A stretch of 64,000 bases of DNA from Acutalibacteraceae bacterium (GTDB lineage: Bacteria; Bacillota; Clostridia; Oscillospirales; Acutalibacteraceae), in contig JAZSNR010000027.1 of the NCBI GenBank assembly GCA_045536495.1, positions 549-64,548 of the forward strand, in the 5' to 3' direction. The notes below the pieces were generated by a model. That model worked only from the letters and a program-made list of their open reading frames with translations. It was not told where the DNA came from and did no database searches. The position numbers and the translations under genes were made by a program. Positions 18,266 through 28,024 of this stretch are shown here, one piece after another (within the stretch, counting starts at the first letter, position 1; every line of letters starts with the position of its first letter).

Positions 18266-18766
18266 ATGGATAAAACAGCACTCTTTAATTTATCTTATGG
18301 TGTTTATGTTGTTACAACTTGGGTTAACGGTAAAGCAACGGGCTGTACCGCTAATTCTGCTATGCAAATCACTTCCGCACCTGCAACCGTTGCAGTATCA
18401 ATAAATCATGATAATTTTACAAATGAATGTATCAAAGATACGGGAGTGTTCGCAATCAATATTCTTGGAGAGAATATTGATCCGATGGTTATAGGCTCAT
18501 TCGGTTTCAGAAGCGGAAGAGATACGGATAAGTTTGAGGGTATTGAACCCCTTGTGAAAGGTTATCTTCCTATTTTACCCGATGCTATGAGTTATATAAC
18601 CTGCAAGGTTATTGATACAATGGAAACGGCTACACATACTGTCTTCTTAGGTGAGGTTACAGATGCAGGAAATCTTAAAAAAGATACTCCTATGACATAT
18701 TCTTACTATCACAATGTAATTAAAGGCACATCACCTAAAAATGCTCCCACTTATAGTGGTGAATAA
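18266..18766 (+). CDS. flavin reductase-like (flavoredoxin-type) domain protein
   Basis: FNLSYGVYVVTT...GK..GCTANS..Q.TS.P follows the flavin reductase domain pattern. ATG 18266 is preferred over the track start. Confidence 0.75.
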   Translation: MDKTALFNLSYGVYVVTTWVNGKATGCTANSAMQITSAPATVAVSINHDNFTNECIKDTGVFAINILGENIDPMVIGSFGFRSGRDTDKFEGIEPLVKGYLPILPDAMSYITCKVIDTMETATHTVFLGEVTDAGNLKKDTPMTYSYYHNVIKGTSPKNAPTYSGE

Positions 18767-18774
18767 AGATTATC

Positions 18775-18811
18775 GGTACAACTGATCAGGCTATCAGTTG
18801 CACCGTTTTTT
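18775..18811. terminator. bidirectional terminator
   Basis: Stem ggtacaactgat/atcagttgcacc followed by T6. Confidence 0.6.
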
Positions 18812-20642
18812 ATTCTTCAATTAAATCGATAAACATATTCTTTTTTAACTCTTCTCGTGGTAGGAACGGTGCAAGGTCCTCTAAAGGCGGACTTACGATT
18901 GTTCCGTCGGGAAGTTTTTTTGCGCTGCTTTTTGGTTCCCAAACTTGTTCTGTATCAGTGAAAATTTCACAGAATAAAGGCCCGTCAACAGAAAGAGCTT
19001 CTTCTACAACAGCTTTCATTTCTGCATTGCTTTTTGCTGAATAATATTTATAACCAAAAGCCTCTGCAATTTTTTTGAATTCAGGGAAAGAAAGGTCATT
19101 TGACTCGGGACCTATACCAACCTTTGAATGTTCGCTGAATAAGTTGTTTTGGGTCAAACGTATTGAGTGGTAGCCGTTATTATTTATGAGGAATATTTTG
19201 ATGGGCAGTTTATTTGTGATTATAGTCTGCAATTCTTGCAGATTCATCATTATACTGCCATCGCCCTCAAGGCAAATTGTGGGTTTTCTTTCACTGCTTA
19301 TACATAATCCGATAGCTGCAGGAAGACCGTAGCCCATACTTGCAATAGCGCTGTTAATAATAAAACGACTGCCTTTTTGAATGTTATAGCATTGATTTCC
19401 TACAACGCAACAAGCACCGTTTGAAACTGCAGTTAAACTGTTTTCGGGAAGTTTTGAACTTAAGTAGTCAACAAATGCATAGACATTGGCGGTTGTGCCG
19501 TTTTCCTTATAGTGGCGGGGAAGAACAACAGGGTAGTCTTTTTTCCAGCTTTGGCAGGTTTCAATCCAATTGGGATTTGTGTTTAAGGCTTTATCAATGT
19601 TATTGTCAAGCTGCTCAAGAAAATCTTTTGCATCTGCCCAGATTGACATATCAACATGGATTGTGTGTTTTTTCATTTCAGCGCGGTCGATATCAACCAT
19701 AATGACTTTCGCTTCGCGTGCCCAGGTTTTCCAATTATAACCTACTTGTCTTATAGAAATACGTGTACCGACAGCAAGAATTAAATCTGCATTTTGAATT
19801 GCCCAGTTGCCCGGTCTGTCGCCCATATTACCTGCTCTTCCGCAATAAAGAGGATGGTCGTTTTCTATAAGGTCAACGGCATTCCAATAAGTGACAACAG
19901 GGATGTTCAGCTTTTCTGAAACTTTTCTGAAATTTTCATAGCCATCGGAAAGTCTTATTCCGTTACCTGCATATAAAACAGGACGTTTGGCATTTTTTAT
20001 TTCATTGAGAACAGAAATAATTGTATTATTATCAATTTCAGGGGGGAGAAGCTTATCGTCTTCTTCGGAAGAGTAACCTTTAAGTTCTTCGGTTTCAATA
20101 AGTGCACCCTGAAAGTTAACGGGAATATCAATCCAAACAGGTCCAGGTCTGCCGTTTGTGGCAAGGTGCCAAGCCTTTTCAAGAATATAGCGAATATCGT
20201 TGGGGTCTTCTACCATTACCGCATACTTTGTCATAGGCTCAACTGATTTAACAATATCATATTCCTGGTCGCCTACTGCGCGTAAGGTGAGTCCGTCAGT
20301 GAATTGCATTGCGTATCGTGCAGTAGTGTCGTAGCGTACCTGACCGCTTATTATAAACATAGGTATTGAATCAAGCCAACCGCCTACAACACCTGTCAGA
20401 GCGTTAGTTCCGCCGGGGCCTGTTGTTACACATACAGCGGCGATTTTGTTGTTGAGGCGTGCATAGCTTTCGGCGGCAATTGCACAGGCTTGTTCATGAT
20501 GGTTATATGTAACTGTCATTTTTTCATTATGACCGAGTGCATCGTTTAAGTGCATAGCTCCGCCACCGACTACACTGAAACAGTCGGTAACACCTTTATT
20601 AACAAGAAATTCTGCCACGTAATCTGCAAGTCTGATTTTCAT
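18810..20642 (-). CDS. thiamine-diphosphate-dependent enzyme of the acetolactate synthase family (YerE-like candidate)
   Basis: 610 aa with three-domain ThDP architecture, the GDGS....QEL Mg-ThDP motif and N-terminal F.V.GG. It is the last gene of the CDP-sugar operon. Confidence 0.8.
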   Translation of the reverse strand: MKIRLADYVAEFLVNKGVTDCFSVVGGGAMHLNDALGHNEKMTVTYNHHEQACAIAAESYARLNNKIAAVCVTTGPGGTNALTGVVGGWLDSIPMFIISGQVRYDTTARYAMQFTDGLTLRAVGDQEYDIVKSVEPMTKYAVMVEDPNDIRYILEKAWHLATNGRPGPVWIDIPVNFQGALIETEELKGYSSEEDDKLLPPEIDNNTIISVLNEIKNAKRPVLYAGNGIRLSDGYENFRKVSEKLNIPVVTYWNAVDLIENDHPLYCGRAGNMGDRPGNWAIQNADLILAVGTRISIRQVGYNWKTWAREAKVIMVDIDRAEMKKHTIHVDMSIWADAKDFLEQLDNNIDKALNTNPNWIETCQSWKKDYPVVLPRHYKENGTTANVYAFVDYLSSKLPENSLTAVSNGACCVVGNQCYNIQKGSRFIINSAIASMGYGLPAAIGLCISSERKPTICLEGDGSIMMNLQELQTIITNKLPIKIFLINNNGYHSIRLTQNNLFSEHSKVGIGPESNDLSFPEFKKIAEAFGYKYYSAKSNAEMKAVVEEALSVDGPLFCEIFTDTEQVWEPKSSAKKLPDGTIVSPPLEDLAPFLPREELKKNMFIDLIEE

Positions 20643-20654
20643 ATAAGATTACCT

Positions 20655-21599
20655 TTATTCGTCAAAATTAAGTCGCTCTTCTTCAACAACAAGAGGTCGG
20701 TTCATAAGGCGGGTGTTCATATTCATTATGTATTCGCCCAGAAAACCAAGGAAGAAAAGCTGGAGAGAACACAAGAAACTTAAAATTATAATAGTTGGGG
20801 CAGTACCGCCGGGGAAACGATCCCACCAAACAAGCTTCATTGCCAGATATAAAATGCCAACGAAAAAGCTTAATATAGCGGCGGAAAATCCAACAAAGGT
20901 AGCTATTCGAAGTCCTGCTTTTGTATATGACGTAAAGCTGAGCATAGCCGCATCATAAAGAGTAAAGAAATTGTTGTGAGTTTTACCTGCGGCACGTTTT
21001 TGCTGGGTGTATTCAATGTCCTTACGTTTATAGCCCAATTCTGCAACAATGCCACGTATAAACGGTGTGGGGTCTTTTAAATCTCTCAAAACATCAACGA
21101 AGCTTTTATCGTAAAGAGCAAAACCTGTGAAATGCTCTATTTGCTCAACTGATGAGAGCTTTTTGATAACTTTATAATAGCAGGTTCTGAAAAATCGCAT
21201 TATTTTATTTTCTTTACTTGCGCTTTTTATACCGCAGACAATTTTGTAACCATTTTCCCATTCCTTAACGAATTTAGGAATCATTTCAACAGGGTCTTGG
21301 AAATCTGCGCAAATGGGAATTACACAATCACCGCTTGACTGCAAAATAGCATAATAAGGAGAATTGAATTGACCAAAGTTTTTTGCGTTCAAAATTGCTT
21401 TGACTTTTTTATTGTTTTTGCAAATCTCCCGAACAAGAACACGGGTGTTATCTGTTGAACAGTTATCTATTATAAGAATTTCATAGTCGTATTGGGGCAA
21501 AGAATTAACAATTTCCTTTTCAACTGCTTTGCAAATGCCTACAATATTTTCTTGCTCGTTGTAGCAGGGAATAACAATTCCGATTTTCTTTTTGTCCAC
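20655..21599 (-). CDS. GT2 polyprenyl-phosphate glycosyltransferase (GtrB/CsbB/ArnC-like) with two C-terminal TM helices
   Basis: IGIVIPCYNE is followed by the DNCSTD and DAD-type motifs, then C-terminal hydrophobic segments. GTG 21599 follows AGAGG. Confidence 0.8.
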   Translation of the reverse strand: MDKKKIGIVIPCYNEQENIVGICKAVEKEIVNSLPQYDYEILIIDNCSTDNTRVLVREICKNNKKVKAILNAKNFGQFNSPYYAILQSSGDCVIPICADFQDPVEMIPKFVKEWENGYKIVCGIKSASKENKIMRFFRTCYYKVIKKLSSVEQIEHFTGFALYDKSFVDVLRDLKDPTPFIRGIVAELGYKRKDIEYTQQKRAAGKTHNNFFTLYDAAMLSFTSYTKAGLRIATFVGFSAAILSFFVGILYLAMKLVWWDRFPGGTAPTIIILSFLCSLQLFFLGFLGEYIMNMNTRLMNRPLVVEEERLNFDE

Positions 21600-21612
21600 A
21601 GTAATACCTCTT

Positions 21613-22545
21613 TCACACAAGGTTATTTTCTTTAATATACTTTATAGTTTCTTCGATACCGTGCTTAAACTCGGTTTTAGGAACGAATCCCGTATCCTTT
21701 ATTAGATTTTCAATATCTGCACAAAGATACATCGGTTGATTCGGGAAATAATCAATAGCACCGAAGTTGCATTTTGATGTTGTATGGATAGCTTTTGCCA
21801 TTTGTAAAATATAGTCTTTTAAAGGTTTTGTTTTACCGCTTCCTATGGGGTATATTGAACCGTCAATACCATTTTCTGCAATAGCTAAAAGTGCTTTTGC
21901 AACATCGCCACTGTATATGTAGTCCCATTGCTGCTCTGCAGGAGTGAAATTACAGTCCTCGTTTTTGAGCATTTTTAAAAGTGTGCTCATAACCATTGTA
22001 TAAGGTGCATCACCGGGACCGTAAACGGAAAGAATTCTGCACCAATTATGGCGCAAGCCTAACTTTTTACAAAGCTCACGGCTCTCTCTTCCTGCAGCGA
22101 GTTTTGCTTTTCCGTAGGCGGAAACAGGATTTTCAGGAGAGTTAAAAGAAACCTTTTGACCGTTTTCCAATGTTCCGTTTTCTGCCTGACTGCCTGTACC
22201 TACGAATACAGAACAACCTAATTTATGAGAAAGCTCAACAGCATCAAGAGTGTACTTGATGTTCTTCTCTTGCAGAGAAAGGTCGTTTCTTTCCTCGCCG
22301 TATGTTCCTGACCAACCTAAATGGAAAAAATCATCATATTTTTCCTTAGGTGCATTGAATTGGCTTAATTTATCAAGAGAGCAAAGCTCGATTTTTACAA
22401 GAGGGTGAGAGGGGAGCTTTTCAATTCTTCCGTTCTCTCGTGCAAGAACAAGAGTTTCGATGTTTCGGGAAACAAGCTCCTTTATAAGCGCAGCTCCTAC
22501 AACTCCCGTTGCACCTGTTACAACGGCTCGTTTGATATTTTTCAT
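21613..22545 (-). CDS. NAD-dependent epimerase/dehydratase family protein (CDP-sugar 4-reductase/epimerase candidate)
   Basis: VVTGATGVVGAALIKEL is a Rossmann motif and the YGKAK catalytic motif is present. Confidence 0.8.
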   Translation of the reverse strand: MKNIKRAVVTGATGVVGAALIKELVSRNIETLVLARENGRIEKLPSHPLVKIELCSLDKLSQFNAPKEKYDDFFHLGWSGTYGEERNDLSLQEKNIKYTLDAVELSHKLGCSVFVGTGSQAENGTLENGQKVSFNSPENPVSAYGKAKLAAGRESRELCKKLGLRHNWCRILSVYGPGDAPYTMVMSTLLKMLKNEDCNFTPAEQQWDYIYSGDVAKALLAIAENGIDGSIYPIGSGKTKPLKDYILQMAKAIHTTSKCNFGAIDYFPNQPMYLCADIENLIKDTGFVPKTEFKHGIEETIKYIKENNLV

Positions 22546-22546
22546 A

Positions 22547-23881
22547 TTATTTAACCGCTTCAATTATAGTTTTTGCCATATATTCTAACATTTTCTCTGT
22601 CATTCCCGGGTAAACACCAATCCAGAATGAATTGTTCATAACCTGGTCTGTGACGGTAAGGTCGCCTACCACTCTGTAACCTTCGCCGGATTTTCTCATT
22701 TCATCAAATACGGGTTGTCTTATAATATTACCGGAAAAGAGCATACGGGTCTGAACGCCGTTTTCTTCGCAATACTGAACAACTTTGTTTTTAGAAACTC
22801 CATCCTTACAGGTAATCATAAAACCAAACCATGATGGGTCACTGCTTTCACAAGGCTCGGGGAGAATCAATTTGTCTTCTACACATTTAAGTAATTTCTT
22901 CAGAATGTTAAAATTATCTTTTCTTTTTTCAACAAATGAGGGGAATTTATCTAACTGGGCGCAGCCGATAGATGCTTGCATTTCAGTTGCTTTAAGGTTA
23001 AATCCGAAATGGCTGTAAACATATTTATGGTCGTAGCCCAGAGGTAATTCGCCATATTGTCTGTCAAAGCGGTGACCGCAAAGGTTGTCCGTACCTGACG
23101 GACAAGAGCAATCTCTACCCCAATCACGCATTGAGCGGACGATTTTATGTAAAAGAGGATTTTTGGTGTAAACCGCACCACCTTCGCCCATTGTCATATG
23201 GTGGGGAGGGTAGAAGCTTGAAGTGCCGATATCGCCTACTGTTCCGGTAAAATAGGTTTCACCGTCAATAGTATAGGTGCTTCCTAATGCATCACAGTTG
23301 TCTTCAATAAGCCATAAATTGTTTTCTTCGCAGAAGGTTTTTACGGCTTTAAGGTCAAAGGGATTGCCGAGAGTATGAGCAATCATAACTGCTTTTGTTT
23401 TATTGCTTAAAGCATCTTGGAGCTTTGTTACATCAATATTATATTGAGGAATTGTGATGTCAACAAAAACCGGAATTGCACCGTATTGGATTATGGGAGT
23501 AATTGTTGTCGGGAAACCTGCGGCAACAGTTATGATTTCATCTCCGCGTTTTACAGCTCTGTCTTTTAAAAGAGGCGAAGTAAGCGCCCAAAAAGCAAGA
23601 AGATTTGCAGAAGAGCCGGAGTTTACCAGGGAAACATATTTTGTTCCCAAATATTCACCGAGCTTTTTTTCGAATTCTTCACAGTATCTTCCTGATGTAA
23701 GCCAGAAATCAAGGGCAGCGTCAGTGAGATTTTTCATTTCCTCAGCATCAAAAACTCTGCCTGCGTAAGAAATTCTGTCACCCTCTTTATAGGGGGCTTT
23801 CTGCATAAAATTATTGTAATATTCTTCTACCAAAGAAAGAATTTTTTCTTTTGCTTGTTCTTTAGTAAGATTTTCTAACAT
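22547..23881 (-). CDS. rfbH: CDP-6-deoxy-4-keto-hexose 3-dehydrase (E1; DegT/DnrJ/EryC1 family, RfbH/DdhC-like)
   Basis: 444 aa. The N-terminus ...YAGRVFD.EE...L....LDFWLT.GR is typical of RfbH, and the gene follows rfbF-rfbG. Confidence 0.8.
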   Translation of the reverse strand: MLENLTKEQAKEKILSLVEEYYNNFMQKAPYKEGDRISYAGRVFDAEEMKNLTDAALDFWLTSGRYCEEFEKKLGEYLGTKYVSLVNSGSSANLLAFWALTSPLLKDRAVKRGDEIITVAAGFPTTITPIIQYGAIPVFVDITIPQYNIDVTKLQDALSNKTKAVMIAHTLGNPFDLKAVKTFCEENNLWLIEDNCDALGSTYTIDGETYFTGTVGDIGTSSFYPPHHMTMGEGGAVYTKNPLLHKIVRSMRDWGRDCSCPSGTDNLCGHRFDRQYGELPLGYDHKYVYSHFGFNLKATEMQASIGCAQLDKFPSFVEKRKDNFNILKKLLKCVEDKLILPEPCESSDPSWFGFMITCKDGVSKNKVVQYCEENGVQTRMLFSGNIIRQPVFDEMRKSGEGYRVVGDLTVTDQVMNNSFWIGVYPGMTEKMLEYMAKTIIEAVK

Positions 23882-23883
23882 TT

Positions 23884-24942
23884 TTATTCCTCTGTTTCGA
23901 AAAATTCTTCAATTTGTTTTGTCATAATATCCGGGATGTTTCCGTTTTCGGCAAAAACCTTTGTCCATTCAACTGTTTTATCAACAGCCATTTCAACATT
24001 CCAGACAGGCTTCCAGCCAAAAACAGATTTGATTTTATCTGTATTAAGTCTTAAGAAAGATGCTTCGTGAGGTGCATTTTCTTCGCAGACATTAATCCAC
24101 CTTAAGCCGTTACCCCAAGATGAACAGAACATTGTTGCAAGGTCGCCTGTTGTGCGGCAATCGCATTCATCAGGCCCAACATTGTAATAACCTTGTGTTT
24201 CAGGGTTTTGGTACTGCATTTGAGCAATAGTCATATAAACCGAAAGAGGTTCAAGAACATGTTGGAACGGACGGGTTGAATAAGGATTTCTGATTATAAT
24301 ATCTTCTTTTTTCATCGCCGCGCGGACACAGTCGGGAATGAGTCGGTCATTGGCAAAATCGCCACCGCCGATAACATTGCCTGCTCTTGCAGTAGAAACG
24401 GCAACATTGCTGTTATCAAAAAAGGATTTTTTATAGCTATGAGTTACAAGCTCGGAGCAGGATTTGCTGTTGGAATAAGGGTCAAAGCCGTCAAGTGGCA
24501 TATCTTCCGTAAATGCGATATTTGTATCGCAATTTTCATATACCTTGTCCGTTGTTACATTTAAAAAGGAGCGGACGATATCTGTTTTTCTTATACATTC
24601 GCACACATTGACAGTTCCCATAACATTTGTTTCATAGGTGTATAAAGGGTCCTTGTAGCTATCGCGGACAATTGGCTGAGCTGCAAGGTGAAAAACGATT
24701 TCAGGTTGCTCTTTTTCGAAAACCGACAAAAGAGTTTGAAAATCACGAATATCTGCTATGTAGGATTTTATTGAGTTTTCTAGACCCGAAAGCTCATAAA
24801 GGGACGGCTCTGTAGGGGGAGTGAGGGCATAGCCCACAACATCTGCACCCATATCAGTTAAAATCTTACAAAGCCAAGTGCCCTTGAAACCGGTGTGTCC
24901 TGTAACAAGAATTTTTTTGCCGTTATAAAAAGAGTTTTTCAT
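23884..24942 (-). CDS. rfbG: CDP-glucose 4,6-dehydratase
   Basis: GKKILVTGHTGFKGTWL and the YSNSK catalytic motif. The start is taken at ATG 24942; alternatives are 24951 and 24981. Confidence 0.88.
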   Translation of the reverse strand: MKNSFYNGKKILVTGHTGFKGTWLCKILTDMGADVVGYALTPPTEPSLYELSGLENSIKSYIADIRDFQTLLSVFEKEQPEIVFHLAAQPIVRDSYKDPLYTYETNVMGTVNVCECIRKTDIVRSFLNVTTDKVYENCDTNIAFTEDMPLDGFDPYSNSKSCSELVTHSYKKSFFDNSNVAVSTARAGNVIGGGDFANDRLIPDCVRAAMKKEDIIIRNPYSTRPFQHVLEPLSVYMTIAQMQYQNPETQGYYNVGPDECDCRTTGDLATMFCSSWGNGLRWINVCEENAPHEASFLRLNTDKIKSVFGWKPVWNVEMAVDKTVEWTKVFAENGNIPDIMTKQIEEFFETEE

Positions 24943-24944
24943 AC

Positions 24945-25718
24945 TTACCATACCTTCCAGGGTGCTTTGCCGGTGTTCCATAAATTATCTAATTCAAGTT
25001 TTTCGCGCAAGGTGTCAACAGGCTTCCAGAAGCCGTTATGTAAATATGCGTTCAACTGTCCGTCTTTGGCAAGGTTTTCGACAGGTGCTTTTTCAAAGGA
25101 AGTGCTGTCACCCTCAATGTAGTCAAGAACCTGAGGTTCAAGCACCATAAAGCCTGCATTAACAAGGCTTCCGTCCATATCGTTTTTCTCGCGGAAAGAG
25201 GAAATATTGTTGTTTTCATCAATATCAAGGCAACCGAAACGCTGACCGATGGAAACGGCGGTAAGGGTTGCAAGCTGACCCTTTTGCTTGTGGAATTCAA
25301 CAAGCTCGGGAATATTGACATCTGCAACACCGTCGCCGTAGGTAAGCATAAAGGTTTCATCGCCGATGAAATCTTTAACTCTCTTAACACGGCCACCTGT
25401 CATAGTGTCAAGCCCCGTGTCAACAACAGTAACCTTCCAGGGTTCAGCGTGTTCGGAATGAATTGTCAACTGATTTGATTTTGTGAAATCAAAGGTAATA
25501 TCGGAATGGTGCAAAAAGTAGTTCGCAAAATACTCCTTAATGGCATATTGCTTATAGCCTGCACAGATAATGAATTCATTAAAACCGTAATGAGAATAGG
25601 TTTTCATAATATGCCAGAGAATAGGGAATCCGCCAACCTCAACCAATGGCTTTGGCTTGTTCTGACTTTCCTCGCTGATACGAGTACCGTAACCACCTGC
25701 AAGAATAACAACCTTCAT
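24945..25718 (-). CDS. rfbF: glucose-1-phosphate cytidylyltransferase
   Basis: MKVVILAGGYGTRISEES..KPKP.VE.GG.PILWHIM is highly typical of RfbF/DdhA. Confidence 0.9.
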   Translation of the reverse strand: MKVVILAGGYGTRISEESQNKPKPLVEVGGFPILWHIMKTYSHYGFNEFIICAGYKQYAIKEYFANYFLHHSDITFDFTKSNQLTIHSEHAEPWKVTVVDTGLDTMTGGRVKRVKDFIGDETFMLTYGDGVADVNIPELVEFHKQKGQLATLTAVSIGQRFGCLDIDENNNISSFREKNDMDGSLVNAGFMVLEPQVLDYIEGDSTSFEKAPVENLAKDGQLNAYLHNGFWKPVDTLREKLELDNLWNTGKAPWKVW

Positions 25719-25934
25719 ATTTTCACATCCCAATATAATGTTTAAATTACAATATAATTATACAAAAATATAATAACATACTTTGTTTGTAAAATAAAGG
25801 GGTATAAAGGAATTATATTGTATTTTTTACTGTTGTTTTGATGCTTTTAAGCCCCCTTTTTTGTTGACATAGTATAGTGTGAAATGGTATAATTTTAATG
25901 GTATTTTATAGTATTGTGGGAAGGATTGTTATAA

Positions 25935-26960
25935 ATGTATGGCCAAAACAACTTTATCTCAATATTGATATCATGCTATAATTATCAAGACTATGTTAAG
26001 CGTTGTCTTGATTCTTGTAAACATCAAAGCTTTCAGGATTTTGAAATAATAATTGTTGATGATGCTTCTACAGATAACTCCGCAAAAGTTATAGAAAATT
26101 ATATAAAAGAAAATGAGAATTTAAATATAAAATTTATTCGCTTAGAAAAAAATGGCGGACCTGCTGTTGCAAAAGGGACGGCATTGAGTAATGCAACAGG
26201 TGAATATGTAATTTTTGTGGATTGCGATGATTGGATGGACGAGAATTGTCTTGGAATTTTGACAGAACGAGCAAGAAGAACAAGTGCTGATAAAATCAGA
26301 GCGCAAGTAAGAACAGTTGAAGAAGATACAGGAAAAATTATAAGAGAAAGAAAAATCCCCGAAGCTACAAATACCTGGGCTGAGGGTATGATGGCGGCTA
26401 CAATATTGAATTTAGATTTTTTAAAGAAGTTTAACATTTCTTTTTTGCCTGATAGAAAAGTTTCAGATGATTTGTATTTTATTGCACAAGTGAATGCATT
26501 TGCAGAAAATACCGAGTATATCAGAGAAACGGTTTACAATATCTCTTATAAAACTATGTCGGATTCAGGTGTCGGAAATTTTGATAAAACCAAAAAACTT
26601 GAATATGCATACCATACCAACGAAAAGGTAAAAGCCATTTATGATAAACTTGATTCGGAAAATAAAATCGGTTGCGAATACCTTTTTGCTAAGCAATATT
26701 TCTTCTTGCTTTTGCAATTTAGCAGAATACTTAATTTTGAAGATATTAAAGATTATCACAAAGAATTAAGAACAACAATAGACCTATTTTTTCCTGAATT
26801 TTATAATAATAAAAATATTAAGCTTTTTCCTAATGGTGACCCGCTATTGTTTAGATTGGTTATGAAAATATGCGCTTTGGCAGAAAAAACGAAATTGATG
26901 GTGCCTATGCTTAAGGTTTACTGGTTTTTGGCAAGGAAATTTAATTTTATTACAAGATAA
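25935..26960 (+). CDS. family 2 glycosyltransferase
   Basis: ISILISCYNY...IIIVDDASTDNS followed by DCDDW. Confidence 0.8.
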   Translation: MYGQNNFISILISCYNYQDYVKRCLDSCKHQSFQDFEIIIVDDASTDNSAKVIENYIKENENLNIKFIRLEKNGGPAVAKGTALSNATGEYVIFVDCDDWMDENCLGILTERARRTSADKIRAQVRTVEEDTGKIIRERKIPEATNTWAEGMMAATILNLDFLKKFNISFLPDRKVSDDLYFIAQVNAFAENTEYIRETVYNISYKTMSDSGVGNFDKTKKLEYAYHTNEKVKAIYDKLDSENKIGCEYLFAKQYFFLLLQFSRILNFEDIKDYHKELRTTIDLFFPEFYNNKNIKLFPNGDPLLFRLVMKICALAEKTKLMVPMLKVYWFLARKFNFITR

Positions 26961-26983
26961 AATTTAGTTTTAGAGAAATTAGA

Positions 26984-27994
26984 GTGAAGATTATGGATAA
27001 TAAAAAACCATTAATAAGTGTTATAATTCCGGTTTATAATGCGGAGAAATATTTAAATAGATGCATAGATTCGGTTTTAAATCAAAGTTATAGGAATCTC
27101 GAAATAATACTTGTTAATGATGGCTCAACCGACTCATCTTTTTCAATATGTAACGATTATTCTAAAGAGGACAAGAGAATTAAGGTCATAAATAAAACAA
27201 ATGAAGGTGCGGCTCAAGCTCGCAATACAGGCTTGGATTGTGTCAGGGGAGAGTACATCGCGTTTGTTGATTCAGATGATTTTATAAGTTCACAAACTAT
27301 AGAAAGACTTTATAGTGGAGCAACAGAAAATGACTGTGATATAGCTGTTTGCGGATATTGGACTTGTTATGAAAATCAAAATATTAATTTAAATAAAAAA
27401 AACAAAAAAATAAAAAATGCTGTTCTTTGTGGAAATGATACTTTGAAGTTATTTGGTTGGGAAAATCAAGTTTCAGCAAACAGCATTTGGGCAAAACTAT
27501 ACAAATCAGAGCTTTTTGAAGACATTAGATTCCCTGAATTCAGGACGGCAGAAGATTTATTTGTTGCATTCAGGTTGTACCATAAAGCAAACAAAATATA
27601 TGTTACAAATGAACAGATGTATTATTATATTTGCAGACAGGGAAGTCTGATGCATGGTAAAAAGTTGAATACAACTGATACTGTTTTGGTATGCGATAAG
27701 TTAATTGAATATTGCTGTTCAAATGTTGAAGATGAAGTTCAAAAAGAAAAAATGATTGCATTGCTTTTAAAAATAAAAGCAGATACAATTTTAGAAGATT
27801 ATTATTATTCAGTTAAAAGAAGATTGGATAAGTCAGAGTTGAAATATATAAAAGAAATGTATTGTAAAATTCAACCCCAACTTAAAAAAAAGAATATCTT
27901 AAGACCACAATACAGGGTTTTTGAATTGAATCCTTTTTTGTTTTGTGTTTGCGTAGAAATATATTATACTTTGATTGGTAGAAATAAAAATTAA
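26984..27994 (+). CDS. family 2 glycosyltransferase
   Basis: ISVIIPVYNAEKYL...ILVNDGSTDSS followed by DSDDF. The start is either GTG 26984 or ATG 26993. Confidence 0.85.
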   Translation: MKIMDNKKPLISVIIPVYNAEKYLNRCIDSVLNQSYRNLEIILVNDGSTDSSFSICNDYSKEDKRIKVINKTNEGAAQARNTGLDCVRGEYIAFVDSDDFISSQTIERLYSGATENDCDIAVCGYWTCYENQNINLNKKNKKIKNAVLCGNDTLKLFGWENQVSANSIWAKLYKSELFEDIRFPEFRTAEDLFVAFRLYHKANKIYVTNEQMYYYICRQGSLMHGKKLNTTDTVLVCDKLIEYCCSNVEDEVQKEKMIALLLKIKADTILEDYYYSVKRRLDKSELKYIKEMYCKIQPQLKKKNILRPQYRVFELNPFLFCVCVEIYYTLIGRNKN

Positions 27995-28024
27995 TAAAGT
28001 ATAGTGTGGAAAATTGGAGGTAAA

